Positions 1 to 10,163 of a DNA stretch of 64,000 bases are shown here, in pieces. Within the stretch, counting starts at the first letter, position 1, and the number at the start of each line of letters is the position of its first letter. Position numbers and translations under genes: made by a program. The stretch comes from Candidatus Latescibacterota bacterium (GTDB lineage: Bacteria > Latescibacterota > UBA2968). The notes under the pieces are model-generated. The model was not told the DNA's origin, ran no database searches, and saw only the letters and a program-made list of their open reading frames with translations. The stretch covers positions 1 through 64,000 of the forward strand of contig OZ240241.1 in NCBI GenBank assembly GCA_965198115.1, written 5' to 3'.

Positions 1-2706
1 CAGGTCGTGTGATCAAGCGCTGGAGTCGCGCCGCTCTTTCAGTCACGCGGCGCGTCGTCAGGGCGGCAGCCGGCAGGTTGGCTTTCCATTCCTCGATCGC
101 GTCGAAACAGGCCCGAATCAGGTCGACGCCATCAACTTCGTTGTCACCCGCGAACAGCTGGCGAACGGACGTCAGGTAGGTGGCAGTCGCTTGGCTCAGG
201 TCAAGCACCTGCAGGCGAAACCGGTCTGGCTCGCGGCACAGGTCTTCGATCACGCTTGGTAATAGGTCGGGGACGTAGGTGCCGTCACGCGTGAAAGAGA
301 GCGCGCTCGGGAAGGCTTTGAGCCCGGCGGCCATGAGGATTGGGAACAGGCCAGTCCGGACGCCATAGGGCGGCTCGCGCAATCGATCGAAGAAGCCCCG
401 AAGGTTCTTCGGATCGTCTGAGGGCTCGGTCAGAAACGCGTGAATGTGTGACCAGACCTCGTGCAAGCCAGGATCGTAGATTTCATTTGGCTGCGAATAG
501 CCCCATCGCCCACTGCCTATCTCACGATACAACCCAGGCCGCAGTAGGACTGTCCTGAACATCGATGAGTCGGGGAATTCTCCGTCCAGCCCGAGTAGCT
601 CCTGCCCCGAGCGCTCTAACACACCCAGCAATAGCTTCTTCCGAGAGTTGATCTGGATGGGCGTGGGGCGTTCCCGTACGATCGCCTCACTATTGATCTT
701 CGGCGTAAGCTCGAAGATCTTCGAAAAATATCGGACAGGGCAAAGCGAAGGGCGCTCGAGTTGTTCGCTGCGAACTCAGAACCCCTGTAGAACCAACGTG
801 GGCCGGTGGCGCTCGGCCGCACAAGGCGGTCGATCTGCCGCTCGAGGTGCTCCCGTGCGTCGTCGGCCATCTGTCGGAGCTCAGGTAGAATGAGGGGGTC
901 ACCCTCGACAAGGTCTGTGTCGTACTCGAGCTGGATGAGGGCGTAGACTTCAAGTGCCGCTTCAAACAGTGGAAGCGGATCCCGAGGGACTGCCAGGATT
1001 ACACGGTTGTGTTTGAGTTGCTGCTGGGCCAGCTGCTGGGCCTTGGCGAGCTCCAGTCCCGTCTCAGCGATGAGGTAGAGGACCTTCCCGTCGCATCCTA
1101 CGGGCATCGCGTCGATCGTCACCTCCCACGACAGATACTGCTCCAGCGTCGTGAGGTCGTGGAACTCGCCCCGGAGGTAGCGGCGAATGTGGAAAGTATC
1201 GTTGTGTTTGACGGGCCGCCAAACCGGCGGCGGCGCCTCCTTCAACAGGAACTCGAGCAGGCTAAAATGCTCCCGGTGGCGCGCCTTTTCTTCCTCCAGC
1301 CGACCCCGCAAGTCCGCGTCGGTTCCGTGCCAAACCGCGACTTCGTCGCTGTGACGGCGGTAGAGCAGAAGGTGCTCCCCGATCAGCCGATCCAGGATCT
1401 CTTTTGCGTCCTTTCCCTCGTCGTAGCCTCGGATTGCGAACTCGAGCAGACCCCGAGCGGCCCGAGCACGTTCGCCACTCGCTCCGAGGCCAAGGAGACA
1501 GGCCGCCTTTAGCGCTCCCTCTGCATCTTTTTCTCCGCCCGCCTTGGTCAGGGCGCTCTGCGTCTCGAGCCAGCGCCGGTAGGTTCCCCCAACGGCCGTG
1601 TCGGCCCGCATCTCGGCGGAGAAGAAGTCGAACAGCTCGGTCGGTCCGGTGGGTCCGCTCAGATCGGCTTCGTAGATGAAGTTGTAGAGCGTGCGCTCGT
1701 TCTGTGCTACCCGGGCGGACAGTCGGGGGAGCAGATGGAGAGTTACCGGTTCCAGCGGATAGGCGTCGGACAGAAGGTCCTCGGTCTCGCCCAAGTTGAA
1801 GTCAGCAAACAGGCCGTGGTCGGCGCACACTCGGGCCGCGCGTTTGAGTAGAGCCTTGGACGGCGGCTTTGGTCGATCGGGTCGAGCTGCAACCGCCTCT
1901 GCTATCAGGCGGTAGATCTCCTTACTGTCGTCGATGTACTGAATCGCCTTGAAGCGTCCCTCGATCTTTCGCCACTCCGCCCGGACGGACTGCGGTACGT
2001 TCCCCGCGTACTGGAGCAGCTCCTGGTGGAGCAGGAGGCCGAGGGTGATGGGAATGACCTTCGTGCGTGCGGTGAACTCGGCCAGTACCTGGATATCGAG
2101 AAGCGACGACGCCCGACCCTCGGTCACAAGGGACTCCACGTGGCGGCCGAACTCGTCCCAAACGACCGCGATGTGGTCACAACCAGCCCTGACCGCCTTC
2201 TCTTTAAGCGTGGTCAGGAACCCGACCGTGTCGTCGACAGAGCGAGTAGGGAAGTCCTGCAACCCCTTAGCCTCCCGTCCGAGCTTGACGCGCTCCATCG
2301 CGGCCAGCCCAGCCTGCTTGATCGCGAAGGGGACGTCCTCGATGTAGCCGTGGAGCACCAGGACCAGCCCCTTCTGCTTCCTAGACCTTCGTCGTCTCTC
2401 TGCGTAGCGCGCAAGCTCTGAATGCACGGGCTTCAGTCGTTTCTCGATCGTGCGAAGCGTGTCTTCCGCGTCCCCACGGTTCTCCAGGAGCTGCAGCAGA
2501 TAGGTCGCGGTTATCGACTTGCCCGTGCCGTAGGGGGCGACCACGAAGAACGACCGATCGCCCGTCTCGCCCAGAAGGCATCGGAGGAGGGTGATGCACT
2601 TTGCCGTGGGTCGGAAATGGGCGATCCGCTCCGGGTGCTCCGCGTCGTACCGGATGTTGATGGACCTTAGGAAAGATTCCACGTTGACGAATTCGCTACG
2701 CGGCAT
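1..2706 (-). CDS. sspC: SspC-like P-loop ATPase of a DNA phosphorothioation system; 1-nt frameshift at ~724-728; continues off the left edge
   Basis: Likely ATG at 2706 (MPRSEF), overlapping the DUF4007 stop. Motifs FLRSINIRYD, Walker A APYGTGKS, Walker B VVWDEFG, WRKIEGRF, YPLEP, AQNERTL. Adding one T to the 5-T run restores SKIFELTPKINSE...EPPYGVRTGLFPIL toward the edge. Confidence 0.8.
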
Positions 2707-3604
2707 TCCGGCTCTCCCGGTCGATTCGGTCGTAGTAAAAAGTGAGCCAATCCAGCGGGACACGTCTTCGCACACGGACCGTCCGGTTGCCAGCCAGTCC
2801 TCCGATCTGGATCTGTCTTTCTCCGAGTTCGGCCTCCGCACTGGATACGGTTTCGAACAGCGATTCCGGCGTCATCAGAAACGCCCGAGCGGGGCCTCCC
2901 GCAAGACGGGCGGCGTCGACGATCGGCAGCGTCAGGAAGTCGCTGTCAGACTCGCCCACACCACTTGCTGTGGAGATGGCATAGGCCACGATCTCGGCCG
3001 GCACGGACTTCGGCCCTTGATTGACTTGATAGTAACCCGAGGCGCGGAAGTAGCCCATCAGTCCCAGTTCTCTAAACGGGCATTCGATGGCGTCTTCAGG
3101 ATCCACTGCTTCTACCGGGATCTGTCTCGCGTAGAACGAGAGTAGGCAGCTGATGTCCCGTTCAAGCGTGTTCACGCTCGGGATCTTCGACATGGTCACA
3201 TCAAGGTGCCGGCGCAGTGTCTCGACGCAAACCGACTTCTCGAAACGGGTCAGGTTAAAGTGGTTGAAGAACCAAGCCCAGCTCTCGGCGGCCGAGGCGG
3301 GTTGGACGAGGTTCGAGTGCAACGCCCATAGGGTTCCTGGCTCGTTGAAATACGGGTCCCGTTCCCAGATCAGCTCGCCGAGTGTCGTGGACGCCATCGG
3401 GGCGTTTCGCTTCGTGCTCTCCCGGTCCGCAAGCCGTGTCACGAAAAGCCAGTGCCTGATCGACCGCCCCATGTTCTTGCCGACGCCCAGCCAGTCGTGA
3501 TTGTAAGCGTCGCTCAGCAGCTCCGGCTGCTCGATTAGGAGTCGAAGCCCCTTGTGGAGCCAGCCCTCGCGGACGGCGAAGGTTTCGTGGCCGCTGAACG
3601 CCAT
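2696..3604 (-). CDS. sspB: DUF4007 family protein (SspB-like)
   Basis: N-terminal FSGHETFAVREGWLHKG, LGVGKNM, DPYF...TLWALH and PFRELGL are DUF4007 hallmarks. Lies between the desulfurase and the ATPase. Confidence 0.85.
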   Translation of the reverse strand: MAFSGHETFAVREGWLHKGLRLLIEQPELLSDAYNHDWLGVGKNMGRSIRHWLFVTRLADRESTKRNAPMASTTLGELIWERDPYFNEPGTLWALHSNLVQPASAAESWAWFFNHFNLTRFEKSVCVETLRRHLDVTMSKIPSVNTLERDISCLLSFYARQIPVEAVDPEDAIECPFRELGLMGYFRASGYYQVNQGPKSVPAEIVAYAISTASGVGESDSDFLTLPIVDAARLAGGPARAFLMTPESLFETVSSAEAELGERQIQIGGLAGNRTVRVRRRVPLDWLTFYYDRIDRESRNAA

Positions 3605-3605
3605 A

Positions 3606-4811
3606 CTATCCTGTCACACTTTCGGTTTTCCGCCCAATGCTCGACCAGAATGAGCGTTGCTGATTGCAGATCTTTACTATGCTCCCCACCGCGTAGTCGA
3701 CCTCTTCCTTGGTGTTGGTCTCGGAGAAGCTAAACCGCAAGCTACTGTAGGCTTCTTCTTCGGATAGTCCCATCGCCCGCAGCACGTAGGACGGTTCGGG
3801 CCGCTGGTTCGTGCAGGCGGAGCTCTGTGAGCACCGAATGCCGACTTGGTCAAGTTGCGCAACGAGGGCTTGACCGTCGACGCCATCGAACAAGAGGTTC
3901 GATGAGTTGGCGACGCGATGGTCAGAGGCGCCATTGATCCGAATTCCATCCATTTTGCTCATCAGGTTCGATTCGAAGGCGTCCCGCAGCGCCCCGACGC
4001 TTTGCGAGTAGTCATCGAAGGACTTGGCGCGGTGATCCGCCGCTGCGCCGAATCCCACAATGCCTGGCACATTTTCCGTACCGGGACGGACTCCTCGTTC
4101 CTGGTTTCCGCCAAACCCAATCGGTTGAAGGTCCCGTAGATTGCGAGCGCAAACCGCTCCAACGCCCTGCGGTCCGTGGAGCTTGTGTGCGGTCACCGTA
4201 AGGAAATCTGCTGCGACTTCGGATCCCTCGATCGAGAGCTTACCGAGTGCCTGAGCAGCATCCGTATGGAACGGAATCTCCTTCTCCCGGCAGAGCCTAG
4301 CGATTTCTTCAACAGGCTGAATAACGCCAGTCTCGTTGTTTACCCACTGGACAGACACGAGCGCGACGCTCTCGTCGATGGCGTGTGTGACGTCGGCCAC
4401 GTCAACCTGCCCCGCCCGGCCTACGGGCAAGATCGTGACTGGAATGCCTAACGTCTCGAGGGCTTCCGCGCATCTTAGAATCGATGAGTGCTCGATGCTG
4501 GTCGTAACGAGCCGGCAGTTCAGAGGGTCCGCGCCAGCGCGCACCCTCTGAAGGAGCTGGACGAGCACCAGGTTGTTCGCCTCAGTGCCACTGCCAGTGA
4601 ATACGATCTGATCGTCAGACGTATCGACCAGCCTCGCCACAGCCCCTCGAGCTTCCCGAAGAGCGACCCGGGCCCTGTTCCCTCCCGAGTGAGAGCTGGA
4701 GGGGTTGCCGAATTCGTCGCCGAGAACCTGTAGCATCGCCTCGCGCACTGCAGGTAACGGCTTCGTTGTCGCATTGTTGTCCAGATACACTTCCGGCACG
4801 TAGCCAACCAC
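3606..4811 (-). CDS. sspA: Cysteine desulfurase (IscS/DndA/SspA type)
   Basis: YLDNNATT, GNPSS, SGTEANN, IEHSS, NNETG, HTDAAQ, AHKLHGPQG (PLP Lys), SSACT (catalytic Cys). Stop is 1 nt from the DUF4007 start. Confidence 0.9.
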   Translation of the reverse strand: MVGYVPEVYLDNNATTKPLPAVREAMLQVLGDEFGNPSSSHSGGNRARVALREARGAVARLVDTSDDQIVFTGSGTEANNLVLVQLLQRVRAGADPLNCRLVTTSIEHSSILRCAEALETLGIPVTILPVGRAGQVDVADVTHAIDESVALVSVQWVNNETGVIQPVEEIARLCREKEIPFHTDAAQALGKLSIEGSEVAADFLTVTAHKLHGPQGVGAVCARNLRDLQPIGFGGNQERGVRPGTENVPGIVGFGAAADHRAKSFDDYSQSVGALRDAFESNLMSKMDGIRINGASDHRVANSSNLLFDGVDGQALVAQLDQVGIRCSQSSACTNQRPEPSYVLRAMGLSEEEAYSSLRFSFSETNTKEEVDYAVGSIVKICNQQRSFWSSIGRKTESVTG

Positions 4812-4893
4812 CCCGGCTGAACCAACTAAACCTTGGATACCGCGGTCGGAGGGATCGACCCGGTGTTAGGGAGAGGAATGTGTGGGGAACAGA

Positions 4894-5133
4894 TCAGTCG
4901 CCGAACAAAGCCATCTGACCAGCTGGGGACTGGCCAATCGGCTCCATATGGTTGGCGAACTGGGTGATTTGCTCGACCTCGGAGGGAGTAAAAAGGATCG
5001 AGCGATCGCGGAAGCGGCGACCTTGTGGAATCTTACCAGATTGTCGCCACCGATACAGAGTCTGCCTAGAAACATCGATCTTAGCAAGGACTTCCGTGGC
5101 GTTGTAGTATGTAGTTCGACGGAAGAGGACCAC
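4894..5133 (-). CDS. Small MerR/excisionase-like HTH protein (N-terminus possibly lost at a junction)
   Basis: YYNATEVLAKIDVSRQTLYRWRQSGKIP is an HTH_17/MerR-like pattern. Sits directly upstream of the desulfurase. Confidence 0.7.
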   Translation of the reverse strand: MVLFRRTTYYNATEVLAKIDVSRQTLYRWRQSGKIPQGRRFRDRSILFTPSEVEQITQFANHMEPIGQSPAGQMALFGD

Positions 5134-5354
5134 AGATTGGCAACCGGCTGGTTGTTCAAAACGGCTCGGACGGTCCCGAATACTGCGTCGTCAGTGGAAA
5201 CGCCAACTCGATAGTGCGAAACGAAATAGGTAAAGAGTCCCCTCTTATTCAGGATGCGTTGTATCAGCAGTGTAAGGATGGCCCCAACGATAACGGAGAA
5301 CAACAAAACAATGAGCCGGCCGGTTCTGTAGGAATGTTAATTCCATGTTCTTAA

Positions 5355-6785
5355 CCAGGATTTCCATTTTGGCCCTGGGACGGTGAAAGTATACACCCGC
5401 GCTGCCCCGAATACCACGTCTTTTCGCGCTGAACCCTGCACATGACCTCCGCCGGTAGGCGCCAGGGCTCGTCCATCCGCTCACAGACGTTGATTGAGCG
5501 GGCTGAACGGCGCTCCGGCCGACACTGCTCCTTGCGAAATCTTTTGGAGCCGAAAACTGTTGATCCTCGCCCGGTCAACGCTACCCACTTGGCAGCGGCA
5601 GCGCCCAGATCCTGTGCAGCATGTCGCCGAACAGCCTGCGGTTCAAATGCCCTTCGGCCGGCAGCAGCCAGTAATACCGCGCGTGCTTGACCAGCCGACC
5701 GCCGGTCTTCATCAACCGGTGCTGCAAGCTCGTCAGTGACCAACTCTTGATCCTGTTCGGCAGTCCGAGCCGCCGCCACAGGTTGCCCAGGTTGTAGGCC
5801 GACACGCTCAGTTGTAGCCGTACCTCGTTCGCCCGGAACCGATGGCACGACAGCCTTGTCCAATGCGTGGCCTGTTTGCCTTCCTTGATCCACTGCTCCG
5901 CGGTGCCGCGCTTGTTGTAGAAGCGCACCACCGAGCGGCTTGGCAAGCTCATGCTCGTCACGATGAATCCGACCCGCGGGAACAGCTCGCCCCTGAAGGC
6001 GACCTGCTTGCCCGCAGCCTGTTGGCGCTCGATCTCCGGCAACAATAGCTCATCCCAGTCCTCGGCGCTGTGCACGTTGCCGGGACGCAGCTTGGCAGCG
6101 AGGCAATCACCATGACCGTTGAACAAAAGTAACGGGTGATAGCAGACCGACTCGAAGTGTCCGTTGTAGGCACTGCCTTCCTGTTGGCCATGGACCGGAC
6201 TCTCGGTGGAGTCCATGTCCAGAACGACCCGCTCGGAGTCGTCGAACGCCTCCGCTTGCCCGACCAGCCTTTGGTTCAGCGCCATCAGCCCCAGCAGGTT
6301 CTCTTCGCTCGCCAGCATCTCCGTCTCGAAGCCATGCAGCGTCGAGGTCAAGGCCGCACCGCGATCCCAGATCTTCTGCGAACCGATCAGCCGAAACGTC
6401 GGATCGATCGAAACCCGCTCGGCGTCGTTGAGGTCCTCGTAGCCCGCCAAGCGGCTGTAGACCGACTGCCGCAACAGATCAGCGAGCGTGAACTGCTTGT
6501 TTGTGCCTTGCCGGGAGGTCGCTGAGATGCTCGTCAATCAGTTCTCCGAGACCGAGCCGTTCGTCCAGTTCGCGAACCAAAATCAGGCCACCGTCGGAGG
6601 TGACGTGCGATCCCTGGAAATCGACTTTCAACAAGCCGTTGAAACTTAGCTGGAATGGCTTGGTTTGTTTTTCACCCATTGGGTGTTGGCCTCCCTGGCG
6701 TCCTCATCGGGCTCTAGCCCCTACGAATAAAGACGCTCAAGGCCGCTGGAAGGTCGAGAGGTCTGAATCAAATTGAAAATGCGGG
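5355..6785 (-). mobile_element. IS1380 family element, transposase frameshifted and internally deleted
   Basis: TSDGGL, LDMDST, FYNKRGTAEQWIKEGK. Ends ccaggatttccatt / aattgaaaatgcggg, flanked by a TTAA duplication at 5351-5354 and 6786-6789. Confidence 0.88.
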
Positions 6786-6831
6786 TTAAGATATAAAAAT
6801 CGGGCGACAGGCTCCCAGGGGTGGAATTGTT

Positions 6832-7305
6832 GTGACGACGCATATTTGCGGAACGCTGGGCTCGATCGACGAATTCGCCATCGAGGACTGGATGACCTTA
6901 GTCCCGGCCCGAGCTCTAGCTTTCCACGTGGAGCCTTCGTCGTTTGAGCACGAGCTGCTAGGACTGGCGGCAGATGTGCCGATATCGGTCTTTCGATCGT
7001 CGTCTCGCTCATACGGTGTACAGGTAGCGAATCTGCTGCGGTCTAAGCGGAGGCGATCCTCTATCAAACGAGCCGTCCGGTTGTTCGAGCGTTCTGTAAC
7101 GACGCGATCTATCGAGGCAGTTCGCCCCCCCAATCCTGCCTGGGTGATTCCTGATTCTATCGGCTTCGCAATAGAGGGACGGAGCAGAAGGTTAGACAGG
7201 AGAAGAAAAACGCTGTTGGGGCAGCTACAGGCTCTTCCACGTAGTTGTAGGTTCGATCGCGATCAGCAACGTGCAGTGGAGCGAGTAGTGAAGGTGATAA
7301 ATTGA
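6832..7305 (+). CDS. Hypothetical protein
   Basis: 157-aa ORF with no recognised motif. Confidence 0.3.
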   Translation: MTTHICGTLGSIDEFAIEDWMTLVPARALAFHVEPSSFEHELLGLAADVPISVFRSSSRSYGVQVANLLRSKRRRSSIKRAVRLFERSVTTRSIEAVRPPNPAWVIPDSIGFAIEGRSRRLDRRRKTLLGQLQALPRSCRFDRDQQRAVERVVKVIN

Positions 7306-7655
7306 ACGATTCCCACACTGGCTGTACTGGCTGTCACCTGCAGTCGTAAGTCTCATTCGCCGCTCACCATCTGAGACGCTTATCGAAGTCAACAGAGAGG
7401 CGAAACAAGCACTTCGTGTGCCCAAGATAAATGCCAGTATCTCGACGTGGCAGGGTTCGGTCGGGGTCGTTACAAGGCGTCTTCCTCTTGGAGTGGTATA
7501 CGCATACAGCACATCGCGACGAGGTCGGGCGTTTCTGAACCGCCTTGGGCGCTTAGGGATCTCAACAGTTGGCGGTCTTACAGTCGCGTCGACTGATAGC
7601 ACATTCTTTCTGCGACAGGTGCAGCTGAAGACTCTCCAGCGGTTTGCGATTGCCC

Positions 7656-9050
7656 TTAAAGGTGTCCCCCAGCGGCAAAGGTTTTGACATCCTCAATCTG
7701 CTTCCACATCTCCGCTGCATCGTCTCTTGGTTGATACAGATTGAACTCCCAGTCCTCTCGTAGCTTGGCGACGCCTTCATCGCCAGGATCCGTTATGCCT
7801 GCAAACCAAAGAACGAGCTTCTCGGCTTCTTTGAGAGCCTGAGCCCGACCTTCGCTACGCATATGCCATCCTCGCTCGCTTTGAACTAGAAGCAAATGCC
7901 TCCACGGGACAGAATGAAGGTCCCAGTCGATCCGACTAAGTACTTCGAGGGCTTCGCAGGCTTCGGCAACCGTGAACTCCTCGCGCTCTTTGAAATGCTT
8001 GTCAAGCAGCATCCGCACTGGTCGCGCAACCAACTGCTGCCCGATTGGCCAAAACCAGACATGGTCCATTATCTTGTCTCCGTCCTCACTCTCAGACGGA
8101 TTGTGCACACGCATCGATACCGAATCCTCGGGGAGTCTATTCACCGTCTTCACCAGAGCATCCCATATACAAGCCGCTTCGTCGTACCACGCGTCGATCA
8201 AAGCTTCTTTAGGTCGGTTTTGCTTGTAGGTCTTAACATCAGCTAGCAACGAGTTTGCGCGGGTCGCTGAAGTAAGGAAGCGCTCAGTCATCTCATAGAG
8301 AACCTCGATCTGCGTGAACCAGGCATCCCCCGATTTAAGGTTCTTGCCGCTCTCTGTCTTGACCCGCTCATTGTCCCAATCGTTATCTCCCCATTTGAAG
8401 AACGGATGGTCTGAGATGAGTCTTCGTGTAATGATTGCGAATACGTCATCCTCATCCATGATGATATTCGTTGATCTGTCCGTAGGCTTCGCATAGCGAT
8501 TGAGCGCCGAGAACATTCGGCGATAACGCATTCGAAATTCCTCGATGTCTTCACCTTCACGCGTCGGGACGATTATCACTGTGAAATCGTCATCTTTGAA
8601 GCCCTCGGGCTGGGGGTAATCGGCGGGAGAGCTGTGCATGAGCTGGATGGCTCGCACGCGGTGCTGACCATCAAGAGCGTAATATTGCTCGGTGCCATCG
8701 AAAGCGAGAATCCCGAAGGCATTTCGCATCCTGCCATCGCTAGCGACTAAATTATCTACGAACTCCACTCCCGACTCGAGGGTCTCAATAGGCTGGAATG
8801 TGGCACCGCCCTGCCATGCCGCAATGACGATCGAATTGAAGAACCGTGCTTCGTTCTCTCGCCAGTAGAACGCAATCTCTTTTGAAACGCGACTCTCTTT
8901 AAGGTCTCGCTGGATCGCTTCTGAAAGGGTTCGTCCTTGGAATACATCCGATGCGAACTTGACCGTTTCCGCGATCTCGGAGGCATTCATCTTCGTTACG
9001 AAAAATTCGTAACCGCCCATATTAAATCTGAAGGCTGGGTACAGTCTCAT
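7656..9050 (-). CDS. DGQHR domain protein (DndB-like / ParB-Srx superfamily)
   Basis: ALDGQHR, IQRDL, RFFNSIV, MFSALNRYAKP, DEDDVFAIITR. Likely ATG at 9050 after gaggaa. Confidence 0.85.
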   Translation of the reverse strand: MRLYPAFRFNMGGYEFFVTKMNASEIAETVKFASDVFQGRTLSEAIQRDLKESRVSKEIAFYWRENEARFFNSIVIAAWQGGATFQPIETLESGVEFVDNLVASDGRMRNAFGILAFDGTEQYYALDGQHRVRAIQLMHSSPADYPQPEGFKDDDFTVIIVPTREGEDIEEFRMRYRRMFSALNRYAKPTDRSTNIIMDEDDVFAIITRRLISDHPFFKWGDNDWDNERVKTESGKNLKSGDAWFTQIEVLYEMTERFLTSATRANSLLADVKTYKQNRPKEALIDAWYDEAACIWDALVKTVNRLPEDSVSMRVHNPSESEDGDKIMDHVWFWPIGQQLVARPVRMLLDKHFKEREEFTVAEACEALEVLSRIDWDLHSVPWRHLLLVQSERGWHMRSEGRAQALKEAEKLVLWFAGITDPGDEGVAKLREDWEFNLYQPRDDAAEMWKQIEDVKTFAAGGHL

Positions 9051-9069
9051 GTCTGATTCCTCGTCTAGA

Positions 9070-9525
9070 TTATCGGATTGGTCGTGGTACGCCGAACCTC
9101 CCGCGAAGTCCAGGAGGACGCTTCTCATTCACCCCAGGACCGAAAGCGTCGAAGATAGCGCGCTCGAAAGCTGGAGATTGAATGGTCTCTGCGAAATAGA
9201 ACTCGAGATAGTTCCCGTACGCCTCTCGAGCTTTCTTCATTAGGCAGGTAGCGCCCTGACCTAAGTGTGACTTGAAGCGACTTCGTACGCTTACCTCTGC
9301 CTTCCCGACATACAGAACGTTCCGGAGTTGCAGAGAGCCGTCTCTGGCAAGGGGGCAAGGAGGCGGTGAACACACTAGGTAGACGCCAGGAGCGTCGGGG
9401 GCGGCAGCATGGGCCATCGGATGGAAATCGATCCGCGTCCAAGACAACGATTCATTCTCAAGAAGCTGCTCAAGATTGAACCAGTGTTCACTCTCTAGTG
9501 TCCAGTTTCGAGCCAGTGCTGCCAT
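9070..9525 (-). CDS. GIY-YIG nuclease family protein
   Basis: PGVYLV...LYVGKAE...RSRFKSH...E...N catalytic pattern. Confidence 0.7.
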   Translation of the reverse strand: MAALARNWTLESEHWFNLEQLLENESLSWTRIDFHPMAHAAAPDAPGVYLVCSPPPCPLARDGSLQLRNVLYVGKAEVSVRSRFKSHLGQGATCLMKKAREAYGNYLEFYFAETIQSPAFERAIFDAFGPGVNEKRPPGLRGRFGVPRPIR

Positions 9526-9548
9526 ATGTATCGCCCCAGGATTCTTAG

Positions 9549-9982
9549 CCAGGATTTCCGATTTGGCTACTCTGACGGCACCAGGCTACACCACCCTCAC
9601 CTGGCGAAGCACAACCATTTCTCCACCCGGAAGAAGCGGCGGCTGAGGCGGGACCGATCGAGCCCCCTTTCTTGTCCCTCATTGGGGGCTGATCCGCCGC
9701 TACGAAGGCAATTTCGCAGACACCCCTCCGAGCTTCCGTCCTCAGTACACAGATTTCGCATTCGCCAAGTCGCGTGCTACCCGCCCGGCACAGGCAACGC
9801 CCAGATCCGTCCCAGCATGTCGCCGAAGAGCCGCCGGTTCAGATGTCCTTCGGCTAACAAGAGCCAGTAATATCGTGCGTGTTTGAGCAGCCGACCGCCG
9901 GTCTTCATCAACCGGTGCTGCAAGCTCGTCAGTGACCAACTCTTGATTCGCTGCGGCAGACCGAGTCGCCGCCACAGGTTCG
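9549..9982 (-). mobile_element. IS1380 family 3' remnant
   Basis: NLWRRLGLPQRIKSWSLTSLQHRLMKTGGRL closely matches the 5355-6785 copy. End ccaggatttcc at 9549. Confidence 0.8.
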
Positions 9983-10163
9983 GTTTGACGGCTTTCGCTC
10001 TACGCGGCCGGGTCCTGGACGACAAAGTCGCGTCGCACCTGAGCGGGGCTTCCGTAAGCGTACTTCTCCAGCATCCATCGAACACTCTCTCGCAATCAAG
10101 TGTCCAAGAAAACTCCGGGACGCAGGAGTAGGTACTGCAATCAATATCTTGGTCTCGTTTAGA

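Noticed and set aside
3606-4811. Housekeeping iscS/nifS
   Set aside because: There are no Fe-S or tRNA-thiolation neighbours, and the gene is coupled to DUF4007 and the ATPase.
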